Below are positions 18,379 through 28,627 of a stretch of DNA of 64,000 bases, one piece after another; the stretch's first letter is position 1; every line of letters starts with the position of its first letter. This DNA is from Patescibacteria group bacterium (lineage in GTDB: Bacteria > Patescibacteriota > Microgenomatia > Levybacterales > UBA12049): NCBI GenBank assembly GCA_023484045.1, contig JAMDAA010000035.1, positions 10,966 through 74,965 on the forward strand. The letters run 5' to 3'. A program made the translations under genes and the position numbers. The notes beneath the pieces were generated by a model. It saw nothing but the letters and a program-made list of their open reading frames with translations, was not told the DNA's origin and searched no databases.

Positions 18379-18485
18379 GGCGGAGAGGGTGGGATTCCCT
18401 TCGACTTCGCTCAGGGTAAACTTCTCATCTCGCCCAGACTTCAACTCACTCTACTTGCACTGAGCAAGCAAAGCGCGTCGAAGTG
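18379..18485. repeat. Duplicated tRNA-Ser 3' end (18379-18397) plus inverted REP doublet (18397-18421, 18454-18485)
   Basis: GGCGGAGAGGGTGGGATTC versus GCGGAGAGGGTGAGATTC of the tRNA. Confidence 0.8.
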
Positions 18486-18572
18486 CGGAGAGGGTGAGAT
18501 TCGAACTCACGGTGGCGAAAACGCCACAATAGTTTTCAAGACTATCCGGATAAACCGCTCCCGCACCTCTCC
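18486..18572 (-). tRNA. tRNA-Ser(TGA)
   Basis: ATAGT-CTTGAAA-ACTAT. Confidence 0.95.
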
Positions 18573-18602
18573 AAACTCACTACTAGTGCTTAGATACTAG
18601 TT

Positions 18603-18693
18603 TGGCGGAGGAGGTGAGATTCGAACTCACGCGAGCATTTCTGCTCAAGGGTTTAGCAAACCCTCGCAATGGACCAAGCTATGCGACTCCTCC
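18603..18693 (-). tRNA. tRNA-Ser(GCT)
   Basis: AGGGT-TTGCTAA-ACCCT; encoded CCA. Confidence 0.95.
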
Positions 18694-18745
18694 AAACGAT
18701 CGTATTATATCATCAAATATCTTCGACCTGCTACACTTAGCTCGT

Positions 18746-19447
18746 GTGGGTATTCTAGATTTTCTTTTCCCAAAATATTGTGTTAATTGTAAAAAAATCG
18801 GCTCGTATCTTTGCGGTAATTGTTTTTCTTATTTATCTTTTGACGACGAAAAAATATGCGTGGTTTGCGATCGGCCATCGATTAATAGCTTGACTCATCC
18901 GCGCTGCCAAACAAAATACGCGATCGATGGTGTTTTTACGAGCCTTGCGTATAAAGGAGTGGTTAAAAAACTCGTTTATAAGTTTAAATACAATCCTTAT
19001 CTCTCTGATCTTAAAAATCTACTTATAGAGCTTTTTTACGAAGGTTTAATTCAGAAAGAGGATTTTTACAGGGTTTTTTCGAAAGATTCGGTTTTTGTTC
19101 CAATCCCACTTCACCCTTCAAAATTAAAGAAAAGGGGATATAACCAGTCGCAAATTTTGGCTGAAGAGTTGTCGAAAAAATTCGGGAATAGAGTCGTAAA
19201 CTTACTAGAAAGAGTAAAAGATACAAAAACTCAAGCCGGTCTTAAAAAGGATGACAGAAAGAAAAATATTATTGCCGCCTTTGTTCTCAAAAGGTCTCAC
19301 CTTGATCAAGGTGAGACCTTGAACGGGAAAACCATCTTTATCGTGGACGATGTTTTGACTACCGGCTCAACTTTTTTGGAGGCGGCAAAGGTGCTCAAGA
19401 AAGGAGGAGCAAAGCGCGTTTTTGGCCTCGCTCTAGCCAGGGATTAA
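18746..19447 (+). CDS. comF: ComF-family competence protein (double Zn ribbon + PRTase)
   Basis: [18 protein letters not shown]...[16 protein letters not shown]. Start reassigned to GTG 18746. Confidence 0.9.
   Translation: MGILDFLFPKYCVNCKKIGSYLCGNCFSYLSFDDEKICVVCDRPSINSLTHPRCQTKYAIDGVFTSLAYKGVVKKLVYKFKYNPYLSDLKNLLIELFYEGLIQKEDFYRVFSKDSVFVPIPLHPSKLKKRGYNQSQILAEELSKKFGNRVVNLLERVKDTKTQAGLKKDDRKKNIIAAFVLKRSHLDQGETLNGKTIFIVDDVLTTGSTFLEAAKVLKKGGAKRVFGLALARD
19291..19320. repeat. Perfect 30-bp palindrome in frame in comF
   Basis: AAGGTCTCACCTTGA/TCAAGGTGAGACCTT. Confidence 0.9.
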
Positions 19448-19911
19448 TAGGAGTTCTCATTTTTTCCATATAGCTTTAAAATTTCTTTGGCCCAAACTAT
19501 TACGTCTTTTACTCTAACGCCAGAGGGCTGTGGTTTCACCCATAGTTCTAGATTTTCAATTCTGTTATCATCCTTAACTCCGTTTTTATGGTGGACATTT
19601 TCATTGGACATTAAAAATCTTCCTAATTTTTTCTCCATTACGATAATGTGCTCGAATATATATCCCGTACCTTTTTGTGAATGAGGATGTTCTTTTTTTC
19701 GTGTTAATATATAGCCATTGTGTTTAACGGAAGTGTTATAATTTCTTCTAGTTTGACTCTCGCATTTTCCGCAGAAATTCGACGTTGGTTGTATAAGCTT
19801 ACCGCATTTTGGACAAGGTTTTTTGTAGATCTGACCCCTACAAGATGGACAAAGCTTATGTCTACTAGAGGGTGTAAACAGCCTTTGACATTGTAAACAT
19901 ATTCTCTCCAC
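19444..19911 (-). CDS. HNH endonuclease with N-terminal Zn ribbons
   Basis: EHIIVME...[18 protein letters not shown]. Confidence 0.88.
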   Translation of the reverse strand: MERICLQCQRLFTPSSRHKLCPSCRGQIYKKPCPKCGKLIQPTSNFCGKCESQTRRNYNTSVKHNGYILTRKKEHPHSQKGTGYIFEHIIVMEKKLGRFLMSNENVHHKNGVKDDNRIENLELWVKPQPSGVRVKDVIVWAKEILKLYGKNENSY

Positions 19912-19949
19912 AATTTAATATTAATTTATTGTGGACTTATTGTAAAGTG

Positions 19950-20334
19950 TGGAGATGTCGAGCATTGAGTCTCGAGTCCAAGAATATCCTTAAAAAACAT
20001 CTACAAGCTTATTCGATTTTTGTCCCACCAAAGGCGGGAGTCGCTCTATTCTTTTCTAATCGAAAAGAATGAATAAAGTCAAGGTTTATAATAATAAATA
20101 AGGACGAAAACCGTTTTCCTTATCATCTCTCAACTGTTTTTATGCCCATATCGCCCCGTTGAGAAAAGACAACATGAACAGGTCTAATTCAATTAAGCGT
20201 ATAGTAACGCCGGTTGATATCGACCGCTAAACGATTGCTCGTTAGCATTTATAATTTGAATCTGTTTTACGACTATTATTCAAAGTCGGCTTGCAGTTTT
20301 TTAATGTACTTTCTTGTCGATACGATGCATCCCC
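19950..20334 (-). ncRNA. ssrA: tmRNA, tag ANEQSFSGRYQPALLYA (20193-20246)
   Basis: GGGGATG/CATCTCCA acceptor stem with G3-U70, tag reading frame, directly downstream of smpB. Confidence 0.92.
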
Positions 20335-20369
20335 AAGGACTGTATTATAGCTTGTTTTGAAGAGTAAAG

Positions 20370-20819
20370 TCAAGTTGTTTTAGCTTCGGAGATCAATTCC
20401 TGCTCGATTTCTCTTTGGAGGTCTCTTTTTTTAATCGCTTCTTTTTTTTGGTATTTTTTCTTTCCGCGAGCCAAGGCTAGCTCGACTTTTATAAAATGGT
20501 GTTTGTCGTAAAGCGATAAGGGTACGATCGATAAATTCGATCCTTCCATTTTGGATTTCAGGCTTATTATTTCATTTTTATGGAGTAAAAGTTTCCTAGT
20601 TCTTTTTTCGTCGTAATTTTCGATTTGGGCGTATTTATACGGAAAAATTTTGGCGTTTAAAAGATATGCTTCACTTCCGATTATTCTAACGTGGCTTCCG
20701 GTTAAATCCGCGTGGCCAAGCCTAATTGCTTTAACCTCTGAGCCATATAAATTAATCCCGGCTTCAAACCGGTCTAAAATTTCATAATCAAAAAAAGCCC
20801 TCTTGTTCACAATTTTCAT
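20370..20819 (-). CDS. smpB: SsrA-binding protein
   Basis: NKRAFFDYEILDRFEAGI...RTRKLLLHK. Confidence 0.97.
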   Translation of the reverse strand: MKIVNKRAFFDYEILDRFEAGINLYGSEVKAIRLGHADLTGSHVRIIGSEAYLLNAKIFPYKYAQIENYDEKRTRKLLLHKNEIISLKSKMEGSNLSIVPLSLYDKHHFIKVELALARGKKKYQKKEAIKKRDLQREIEQELISEAKTT

Positions 20820-20860
20820 GCTTCAATAATACTTCAAAAGCAGAAAAATGTAAATTTGAT

Positions 20861-22555
20861 CTATTTGATGCTGATTTCGTAGATTTTGCCGCTAGATAGA
20901 ACGAGGATTTTTTTGTCTTTTTCAAGAACTTCAAAATCTTTTGCGTCTTTCAAAACTTTAGATTTATACTGTGCCACATAGCTCCCGTCTTTTTTCAAAA
21001 CTACGATTCTATTATTTGCGCCATCAAGAACATAGATATTATCAAAATCGACGTTTGTATAAATCCTGTTTGGATTAGAAAACGGTTGATCGAGTCCGGA
21101 TATTTTAAAATTATCGGTTTTTCCCTTTAAAAACTTTAAAATATTTCCGTCTTGTAAAATTGTATAAAGCGCGCCGTCAACAGTTACAGCGGTTGCTTTA
21201 GAAAGATCTGCAGGTTGCGTAAGATAATCTGTTTTCGAATAAGTAGATCCGCTCGGGACAAATTTAAAAATCTTATCGGCACTTTTATCTAAAATATAAA
21301 CGTTTCCAAGGTACGCATCGATTCCTCCTGCTGTATCCCAATCTTTTTTAATAATCAGTTTTTCTTTACTGTTTCCCTTGTCGACGCTTATTACGCCGTC
21401 AGAATTTATGTAATATATGCTTGCACTGTTTTGTGCAAAAAGACTTGAATCTCCCTTTTTGGCCTCTAAAGCTAATAGTTTACTCGCATCATTGCCAACT
21501 TCCTTTGCCTCGACCGTATTTACCTCCGAAATTTCGGAAATCGCGGTTTCGACTTTTGCTAAAAGTTCCGAAACTTTTTTTTCTTCATCGGAATTCGGTT
21601 TAAACTTAGATTTATTTTCATTCAATGTTTTTTGTGCGGACAGAAAGTCGTCGCGCGCCAGATTTTTGTTTAAGCTCAGAAGACTTTGACCCTCGTCGTA
21701 TTTTTTCTGAGCAGCTTGATAAACCTCGTTAAATATAGTTTTTGTTTTTTGGTCTTCACGACTTTTTACAGCCAAATAAACGCTTCCTACTAAAATTACG
21801 GCGATTATTAAAGCAACGCTTAAAAAGACTTTTCTCGAATGGCTAAGGTTAAATTTTGATAAATTGTTTTTAATCGAGCTAAGGACGGGCAGTGAGGAAG
21901 GAGTCGGGAGAGGTTCTTCTTCCTTTTCTTCTTCGACAACTTCAGCTGTTTTATAAGAGATAATTACGGCCGACGCTTCTCCCTCTTGCCGTTCGTGAAC
22001 TTTGGGGGATAAATTTTCGGCGATTTCGGATGGAGAAAAGTTGTCGATCGCGGAGATAAGTGTATCTTTTGTAATCGTTTCGATGAATTTTTCGGTCGCC
22101 AATATAATTACGTCGTTGTTTTCCAAAAAACCCGATGCGGATTTTAGTTGATTATCCGACGAATCTAAAACCGCTCCGGTTTTTTCTCCGCGTTTTATTA
22201 AAATCTTACCGTTCCCCGAAAGAAAGCAATACATTATGTTTTGTGTAATACAAGAGACCGTAAAACAAGAATTAGTGTCGTTTGGAATTTTTTCAAAAGC
22301 TAAAGAAACGGCTTTTTTAATCGATTCAAGATCTTTGACTTCGAGCGTAAAAAATTCGGTTTCGAGGGTGCTTAGTATGTCTTTTCCAATCGATGCGAGC
22401 GACTCTTCTTCTCCGATTTCCTTCTTTGAAAGCGAGAGAACAGCGAAGAGTCCGCCCGCGTTATAGGCTTGTGACCAAGAAGTAAGCGTCGGCGTCGCGA
22501 CAATTTTCGAAAAAGCCAGCTTTGGTTTGTCTGAATTAAAATTTTCTTCTGCCAT
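20861..22555 (-). CDS. Membrane protein with PP2C-like N-domain and extracellular beta-propeller
   Basis: Degenerate PP2C fold, single TM, IYILD/IYVLD propeller repeats. Confidence 0.6.
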   Translation of the reverse strand: MAEENFNSDKPKLAFSKIVATPTLTSWSQAYNAGGLFAVLSLSKKEIGEEESLASIGKDILSTLETEFFTLEVKDLESIKKAVSLAFEKIPNDTNSCFTVSCITQNIMYCFLSGNGKILIKRGEKTGAVLDSSDNQLKSASGFLENNDVIILATEKFIETITKDTLISAIDNFSPSEIAENLSPKVHERQEGEASAVIISYKTAEVVEEEKEEEPLPTPSSLPVLSSIKNNLSKFNLSHSRKVFLSVALIIAVILVGSVYLAVKSREDQKTKTIFNEVYQAAQKKYDEGQSLLSLNKNLARDDFLSAQKTLNENKSKFKPNSDEEKKVSELLAKVETAISEISEVNTVEAKEVGNDASKLLALEAKKGDSSLFAQNSASIYYINSDGVISVDKGNSKEKLIIKKDWDTAGGIDAYLGNVYILDKSADKIFKFVPSGSTYSKTDYLTQPADLSKATAVTVDGALYTILQDGNILKFLKGKTDNFKISGLDQPFSNPNRIYTNVDFDNIYVLDGANNRIVVLKKDGSYVAQYKSKVLKDAKDFEVLEKDKKILVLSSGKIYEISIK

Positions 22556-22561
22556 TTTCGA

Positions 22562-22798
22562 TTACAGTATAACAAGCGCGACTAAAAAAAGCGAAATCGC
22601 AAAAATCATATTTAAAATTGTTATAACAGTTAAAATTGTCGAGGCATGGATTTGCGACACAACGCGGTTCATCGTTTTTACCTGATTAAAAAGAATAAAG
22701 GAAAAAATAATATAAGCCGAAAGCAAAATTAAAAAAACAATTTTTACTAAAAATAAAGCGTTTGTAAATTGTAGGAATGACAAAAAATCACTTGGCAT
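22562..22798 (-). CDS. Small 2-TM CPR membrane protein
   Basis: Hydrophobic ORF within an operon. Confidence 0.7.
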   Translation of the reverse strand: MPSDFLSFLQFTNALFLVKIVFLILLSAYIIFSFILFNQVKTMNRVVSQIHASTILTVITILNMIFAISLFLVALVIL

Positions 22799-23417
22799 GT
22801 ATTCCCTTTCCGATTAAATCTTCGATTATAGAGACAACACCCGATGGATTAATAACTGACAAAAAATCAAAATTCACGATTTCTCCCGCTGTTTGAACAA
22901 TAACATCGCCGTAATTAAAAAGTGTCGCAAAAAAACCGACCTGTGTATAACTTACGTCTTCGACTAAACCGAGCTTTGTCATCGCTACGTTGTGATAAAC
23001 GAGATCGGAAAAATCGATATCGACAATTCTATTGGTTGTGACAAGTGAAATATTATAATGCCAGGTAATAAATTTTACAAAAGCGTAATTAAATACTAAA
23101 ACATAATAAAAAAATATAAAAAAATTTATAAAATTTGACGGAAGAAACGATGGGAAGAAATTCATAAAAGAAGAAAGATAAAGTAGTACTGCAGGAAGAA
23201 TAAGGAGAACAATCGTTATTAAAATCCAAGAGAGGTTTTTAATAAAATGGGCCCTGAGAAAAAGGAGAATCTTTTCGTCGTCCCCCTGATCACGGAAATA
23301 AACTCCGTCGGGTTTTTGTCTAAAATAACTGAAAAAACCCGGATAATTTGTTTTTATTTTTTCGTTTACGGTTTTGGTTGACTTGTCTGTATTTTTTGGA
23401 ATAAAAATATCCGGCAT
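22788..23417 (-). CDS. Membrane protein with bacterial PH domain
   Basis: LVTTNRIVD...TLFNYGDVIVQTAG. Confidence 0.8.
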   Translation of the reverse strand: MPDIFIPKNTDKSTKTVNEKIKTNYPGFFSYFRQKPDGVYFRDQGDDEKILLFLRAHFIKNLSWILITIVLLILPAVLLYLSSFMNFFPSFLPSNFINFFIFFYYVLVFNYAFVKFITWHYNISLVTTNRIVDIDFSDLVYHNVAMTKLGLVEDVSYTQVGFFATLFNYGDVIVQTAGEIVNFDFLSVINPSGVVSIIEDLIGKGIHAK

Positions 23418-23420
23418 AAA

Positions 23421-25178
23421 TTATCTCTTTTCTACATTATACAATGGTCCGACAATGTTTATGTTAGAAGGGGCACGTAGATTGAAGTAATTCTTAAATT
23501 CGTCTCCGGAAAAGGGCGTTGTGCCGGCATCGCCTGTAACATTTACCGAAGTTGTTCTTCCGGTGCCTTTATCCCAGTCGACGCTTATGTCAGAAACGGA
23601 ATTATATGGCGTTATGTTTCTATTTCGAAGTTCCTGTTTTACACGATCGGCATCCCACGTGTCGACTCCGTCGGGATTCGGTTTGTCGACCTGTGACAGA
23701 TGTTGTTGTGTCGAAGAGTCATTTTTTGCGAGTATTAAAACATTTACGATGTCGGCGATTTCATCGGATTTTAGCCACGCGGTTTTATTGTATTGAGCTC
23801 GTGATCCCCAGTCGCAGTAAAACACTGGCGAATCTTTATCGTACGCGCTACTTTGTAAATCAGAAAAACTGTTTATCGAAGACGAGGCATCGACAGCCCT
23901 TTTAGTAAACGATGTTTGACTCCAGCCTATATCGCCGGAAGTAAAAACATAACCTCCGTGAGTCGAAGAAAACCACGCCTTAATCGGGTTTCCTCCTTGA
24001 ATCATTACTTTTCCGGGCGTTGCATTGACAGCCTGTTCCCAATTACCGCCTTTGGGATTTGTTTGAAAAGCTTGGCAATATTCATTGGCGCAAATAGACG
24101 AAGTACCATTATTCGTCGCAGCCAAAACATATGATCTTGCTGCAATCGCTTGGGCTTTTAATGCCGCAAGATTATTATCCGCCCAAGAATCAGGAACTTC
24201 ATATATTCTCTTGATATAATCTTCTAATCCTCCGCTCCAGATAATATTGCCGGAATTAAATCCGTTACTGTCATTTACTTTGATATTAGTATTGACATCT
24301 GCATCTTGAATTCCGTCAAAACTGTAATAGGCGCGTAGTATTTGTTCGTAATCCTGACCGGCTTTTGCCCTTCCCCATGCGCCAAATTGACTAAGCCCGA
24401 CTCGATTGGGAACGCCGTATGTAAACAGAGCAAATCTCGGGCTGAATCCAGGATTGATATTTCTGTCGTCGGTACATCCGCCTCTCATCGAATAGGCCGA
24501 TTTTGGAAGATTAAGACTTCCGAGTTTTTGCGCTAAAAGTTCTTGCTGTCGGGATGTTAATTGCGCGATTTGGCCCGATAATTTAGTCTGATATTCTTTT
24601 GCGCCCGAAACGATTTTGTCTAATTTCCCCGATTGCTCGTCTAAGCTAGCTTTAGCCGTGACGAGTCTTGATTGTTCGTCTTCGAGCGCTCTTTTTTTTA
24701 CTTCGAGGTCAGCGATCGACAGTGCGATGTTTGTGATTATTGTTTTATCCTGATCTGCTTTTGCTTTTTGATAGGCCAAAAGTTGTGTTATTTCCGACGC
24801 ATCCTGTCCGGACAGAAAAACTAAAATCGGAGAATCGTAGTAACTTTTAATATAATAATTTCGGATCGCGATATTCAATATTTTCTGCTGTTTTTCCATG
24901 TTTTTGTAACCGTCATCGATTATTTTCTTTTTATTTTCGATATCTTTTTCGATCACAGCGACACGATTTTTAATTTCTTTTATTTGCGCTTGGAGGCTTT
25001 TTAATTGAGATTCTAAGGGTCTTGTCGCGTTTATCGACATATTGAGCGCTGTGGTTAGATCGTTTATCTGTTTATTTAGATCATCTAATTCATCGGAGAA
25101 AGTTTTATCTGGAAATACGAAAAATAAAAAATTAAAAATAAAAAAGAAAATAATCGTAGTAGATAGAAATTTTTTCAT
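23421..25178 (-). CDS. SpoIID/LytB-domain protein with N-terminal coiled coil
   Basis: GLSQFGA, ALKAQAIAARSY, CQAF motifs. Confidence 0.85.
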   Translation of the reverse strand: MKKFLSTTIIFFFIFNFLFFVFPDKTFSDELDDLNKQINDLTTALNMSINATRPLESQLKSLQAQIKEIKNRVAVIEKDIENKKKIIDDGYKNMEKQQKILNIAIRNYYIKSYYDSPILVFLSGQDASEITQLLAYQKAKADQDKTIITNIALSIADLEVKKRALEDEQSRLVTAKASLDEQSGKLDKIVSGAKEYQTKLSGQIAQLTSRQQELLAQKLGSLNLPKSAYSMRGGCTDDRNINPGFSPRFALFTYGVPNRVGLSQFGAWGRAKAGQDYEQILRAYYSFDGIQDADVNTNIKVNDSNGFNSGNIIWSGGLEDYIKRIYEVPDSWADNNLAALKAQAIAARSYVLAATNNGTSSICANEYCQAFQTNPKGGNWEQAVNATPGKVMIQGGNPIKAWFSSTHGGYVFTSGDIGWSQTSFTKRAVDASSSINSFSDLQSSAYDKDSPVFYCDWGSRAQYNKTAWLKSDEIADIVNVLILAKNDSSTQQHLSQVDKPNPDGVDTWDADRVKQELRNRNITPYNSVSDISVDWDKGTGRTTSVNVTGDAGTTPFSGDEFKNYFNLRAPSNINIVGPLYNVEKR

Positions 25179-25263
25179 AAGTTTTGTGATGCAGGATTTA
25201 TTATACCAAAGTAATACAAAAAGATTGCAAAATTGACAAGTTATGTTATACTTTGTGCAATAA

Positions 25264-25866
25264 ATGGAAGAGGCAGGATTTAGAGAAACGACGATCTCGT
25301 TTAAACCACCGGAAAAAAGACGTTCAAAACGCCCGTTGATAATAATTGCCGCTGTTATCGTAGTCGCGGTTATAATTTTTTTAGCAATACGCTTTATTGG
25401 TTCATCTAAAAAAACTCCAGAAAAATCAACAAGCGGGATAACTCCGACTCCGACCGAATTTCAGTTTCCGACAGATACACCGACGCCATCGGGATCAGAA
25501 AAATCAACCCCGACGCCTACTTCCAAAGAAAAAGCACCAACACCGACTTCGGCCGCTAATCCAGTCGACAAAAAGACCGGTCTTGACAGAAGCGAGCTTA
25601 AAGTTGCGGTTCAAAACGGGAGCGGAACGGTTGGGGTTGCGAGCAAAGTTTCTGATTATCTGAAGGGATTTGGTTATCACGTGGTCGCAGTCGGTAACGC
25701 AGAAACTTTTGATTACGAGAATGTCACTATTTCGATTAAAACAAGTTCTGTAAAATATCTTCCACTTCTTAAATCCGATATCTCAAAAGATTACACGATC
25801 GCAAAAACATCAGAAGATTTAGATGCTTCATCTTCGGCAGACGTTGTAGTGATAGTCGGAAAATAA
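25264..25866 (+). CDS. LytR C-terminal domain protein
   Basis: TM helix, PT linker, VAVQNGSG..G.A...DVVVIVGK. Confidence 0.85.
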   Translation: MEEAGFRETTISFKPPEKRRSKRPLIIIAAVIVVAVIIFLAIRFIGSSKKTPEKSTSGITPTPTEFQFPTDTPTPSGSEKSTPTPTSKEKAPTPTSAANPVDKKTGLDRSELKVAVQNGSGTVGVASKVSDYLKGFGYHVVAVGNAETFDYENVTISIKTSSVKYLPLLKSDISKDYTIAKTSEDLDASSSADVVVIVGK

Positions 25867-25910
25867 ATTCATCGGTTGATTAAAAATCCTCTTTTTATTA
25901 TTATGGAAAG

Positions 25911-26873
25911 GTGGAGAAATACAATTTAGTCGCGATCGGTGATGCTGTGATCGATGTCTTTTTAACGATCGGTGAAGAAAATGTTCACGTAAATTTTAAG
26001 GATTCAGAACTTTGTTTTAAATACGGAACCAAAATTCCGGTCGAAAGCGCTAATTTTTTCTTAGGCGGAAACGCGTGTAATGTATCGGTCGGATTATCAA
26101 AACTTGGTTTTAAAACGGCGCTTTTTTCTGAAATCGGTGACGACGATTTTTCGGACATGGTTATTAAGGGTTTAAAAAACGAAAACGTTTCAGAAGAGTT
26201 TGTTAGGAAAGTGAGCGGGATTTCTTCTTTTTCGGTCGGGATAAATTACAAAGGAGAGCGTACGCTTTTTGTTGAGCACGTCCAGAGAAAAAACAATTTT
26301 GATTTTTCAAACATAGATACAGAATGGGTCTATTTAACGAGTCTCGGAAAAGAATGGAAAGACGCGTATAAAAAGACGTTAGATTTTGTTCAAAACAAAA
26401 ACCTGCGGTTCGCGTTTAATCCGGGAACATTGCAACTTAAAGAAGGATATTCTTCTATTTCAGAGATCCTCAAAAAGACAGACGTGCTTTTTTTAAACAA
26501 GGAGGAGTCAATAAAACTTCTGTATGGTATTAACAATTCGGAACAGATAGACGATATCGATGAGCTCTTAGTCAATTTGCAAGCACTCGGATCTAAAATA
26601 GTAGTAATAACAGATGGGATAAATGGCTCATTTTGTATCGATGAAGACAAAAAAACTTATTCACGCGAGATAATCGACGTAAAAGTTATGAATAAAACAG
26701 GTGCCGGAGACGCTTATACTTCGGGATTTATCGCGGCTTTAATTTCGGGTAAAACTGTGAAAGATGCGATGGAGTGGGGAACATTGAACGCAACTGCGGT
26801 TATCGGAAAGATCGGAGCACAAGTCGGTCTTTTGAAAAAAACCGAGATGGAAGAAAAATTAAAGAGCTTATGA
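25911..26873 (+). CDS. PfkB-family carbohydrate kinase
   Basis: GGNACNVSVGLSKLG; TGAGDAY. Confidence 0.92.
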   Translation: MEKYNLVAIGDAVIDVFLTIGEENVHVNFKDSELCFKYGTKIPVESANFFLGGNACNVSVGLSKLGFKTALFSEIGDDDFSDMVIKGLKNENVSEEFVRKVSGISSFSVGINYKGERTLFVEHVQRKNNFDFSNIDTEWVYLTSLGKEWKDAYKKTLDFVQNKNLRFAFNPGTLQLKEGYSSISEILKKTDVLFLNKEESIKLLYGINNSEQIDDIDELLVNLQALGSKIVVITDGINGSFCIDEDKKTYSREIIDVKVMNKTGAGDAYTSGFIAALISGKTVKDAMEWGTLNATAVIGKIGAQVGLLKKTEMEEKLKSL

Positions 26874-27697
26874 TTTCACTCGATAAAATAACAACAAACA
26901 ATAAGGCCTTGTATCTTGCTTACGATCAGGGTTTTGAACACGGACCGACAGATTTTAACGATGAAAATGTCGACCCGAATTTCGTATTAGATATCGGAAT
27001 AAAAGGTGGTTTTAACGCGATAATTTTCCAAAAAGGAGTCGCGGAAAAATATTATCCTTCGACAAGCTCAGGACAAGTTCCTTCGGCAAGCTCCCTTCAG
27101 CAAAGTTCAGAGCAGGCAGGACAAGTTACTAAAATACCACTCATACTTAAACTGAATGGAAAAACAAATCTTGTCGAAGGACGAGATCCGTATTCGCCAC
27201 TTTTGTGTACAGTCAGTGAGGCCTTGGATTTGGGTGCGGTAGCTGTTGGTTATACGATTTATGTCGGAAGTGAATTCGAAAGTAAAATGACATCGGAATT
27301 TTCTTCGGTTGTCCGCGAAGCGCACGAGAAAGGAGTTCCTGTAATAGGATGGATGTATTTGGCAGGAAAATTCCTTCGGCAAGCTCAGGACAAGCAAAAA
27401 GGCAGAGAACTAACGGCGTATGCTGCAAGGCTCGGATTGGAATTAGGCGCAGATATTATTAAAATAAAATATCCCGGGGATTTGGAATCGCTGAAATGGG
27501 CGGTCGAATCGGCAGGAAAGACAAAAGTTGTTATCTCGGGCGGGGTAAAGGAGAATGAAAACGAATTTTTAGAAACTGCAAAAACGATAATGGAGACGGA
27601 AGCAATCGGTATGGCTGTCGGCCGAAACATCTGGCAAAATAAAAATCCGCTCGAAATAACAAAAAAGTTGAAGGAGATTATTTTTAAAAATAGTTAA
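26870..27697 (+). CDS. Class I (DhnA-type) fructose-bisphosphate aldolase with REP insertions
   Basis: LAYDQGFEHGP, ELGADIIKIKY, GMAVGRNIWQ. Start at the ATGA overlap. Confidence 0.9.
   Translation: MISLDKITTNNKALYLAYDQGFEHGPTDFNDENVDPNFVLDIGIKGGFNAIIFQKGVAEKYYPSTSSGQVPSASSLQQSSEQAGQVTKIPLILKLNGKTNLVEGRDPYSPLLCTVSEALDLGAVAVGYTIYVGSEFESKMTSEFSSVVREAHEKGVPVIGWMYLAGKFLRQAQDKQKGRELTAYAARLGLELGADIIKIKYPGDLESLKWAVESAGKTKVVISGGVKENENEFLETAKTIMETEAIGMAVGRNIWQNKNPLEITKKLKEIIFKNS
27055..27126 (+). repeat. 72-bp tandem/nested REP insertion (3 x 24 bp) in aldolase
   Basis: TCCTTCGACAAGCTCAGGACAAGT + TCCTTCGGCAAGCT[CCCTTCAGCAAAGTTCAGAGCAGG]CAGGACAAGT. Confidence 0.85.
27372..27394 (+). repeat. REP element in aldolase (LRQAQDK frame)
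   Basis: TCCTTCGGCAAGCTCAGGACAAG. Confidence 0.85.
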
Positions 27698-28341
27698 ATA
27701 TATTCCTTAACAATATCCCCAAAAAATTTTTTTACCTCTTTTTTCGTCGGTAAGGGTTTGGAAGAGGCTGGAATAACATCAAAATTTAATAAGTCGTCAA
27801 AATATACTAATTGCTCAAGAAATATTTTCTCTTCAAAAACGCTTCCGTACACTTTTTTTGCAACGGAAATAAGCTCGGGAAGTTTAATATAGCCGTTTTT
27901 AAAAACAGAGTAAAGATCGAAGTAATCGCGATACTCCCCGCGTCTTCCAATTGTATAAGCTTTTTGTACCGCAATGTCTTTTACGTTAAATAATCTTAAA
28001 TTGTTTTCAAAGTCTAATATTTCAAAATAGGGCTTAAACGGATAATGTAAAAAAGTAACTTTTACTTCGTTTTTAGTAAAAAATGTAAGTTCGTCGGAAG
28101 AATCTGTCGCAATGTTTTTAATCTCGAGAGTTTCTGATATTTTTTCAAGAAGGTTTTTCGAAAGAGGATTATCTCTAAAAAAATCAAAGTCAAAAGATTT
28201 TCTGTGGGCAAGGTAAAGCGCTAAAGCCGTTCCTCCGCCGAGTGTAAAATCTTTTGCGTGCAATAAAAGCTTTTTCAAAAGCTTTTGTCTTTTGCTATCA
28301 AGTACTTCTAGGTGCAGATTTGAGATATTTTTGTTCATCAA
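27694..28341 (-). CDS. AbiEii/AbiGii-like nucleotidyltransferase
   Basis: LGGGTALALYLAHRKSFDFDFF; RDYFDLY. Confidence 0.88.
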   Translation of the reverse strand: MMNKNISNLHLEVLDSKRQKLLKKLLLHAKDFTLGGGTALALYLAHRKSFDFDFFRDNPLSKNLLEKISETLEIKNIATDSSDELTFFTKNEVKVTFLHYPFKPYFEILDFENNLRLFNVKDIAVQKAYTIGRRGEYRDYFDLYSVFKNGYIKLPELISVAKKVYGSVFEEKIFLEQLVYFDDLLNFDVIPASSKPLPTKKEVKKFFGDIVKEYI

Positions 28342-28558
28342 TCGACTTTGTGTGCAATATGAACTTTGTAATAAAGTTAAGAGAAGAAGTCGTATAGACT
28401 TTCTTTGGATGTTTCAAAAATAGCTTTAAAAGTTTGTCTTCCCCCGCTGTTTTTTTGAGGGTTTTAATATCGTTAATCGTGCCATAAGCCAGGGTTTGAT
28501 GAATATTGTCTGCGGACTTTGCAGTAATTTTTTTTGCGTACCAAGAATAATTAAACAT
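28298..28558 (-). CDS. Small partner (putative antitoxin) of the nucleotidyltransferase
   Basis: Overlapping upstream ORF, IHQTLAYGT motif. Confidence 0.65.
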   Translation of the reverse strand: MFNYSWYAKKITAKSADNIHQTLAYGTINDIKTLKKTAGEDKLLKLFLKHPKKVYTTSSLNFITKFILHTKSIDEQKYLKSAPRST

Positions 28559-28627
28559 TAAAAAAATTATACCAATAAACGACTCGTTTGACAAGAAACT
28601 CATAGTATGATATATAGTAGCAAACTT

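Noticed and set aside
18602..18745. N-terminal extension of ComF in the ORF track
   Set aside because: It is the antisense reading of tRNA-Ser(GCT); the ComF motif begins at 18746.
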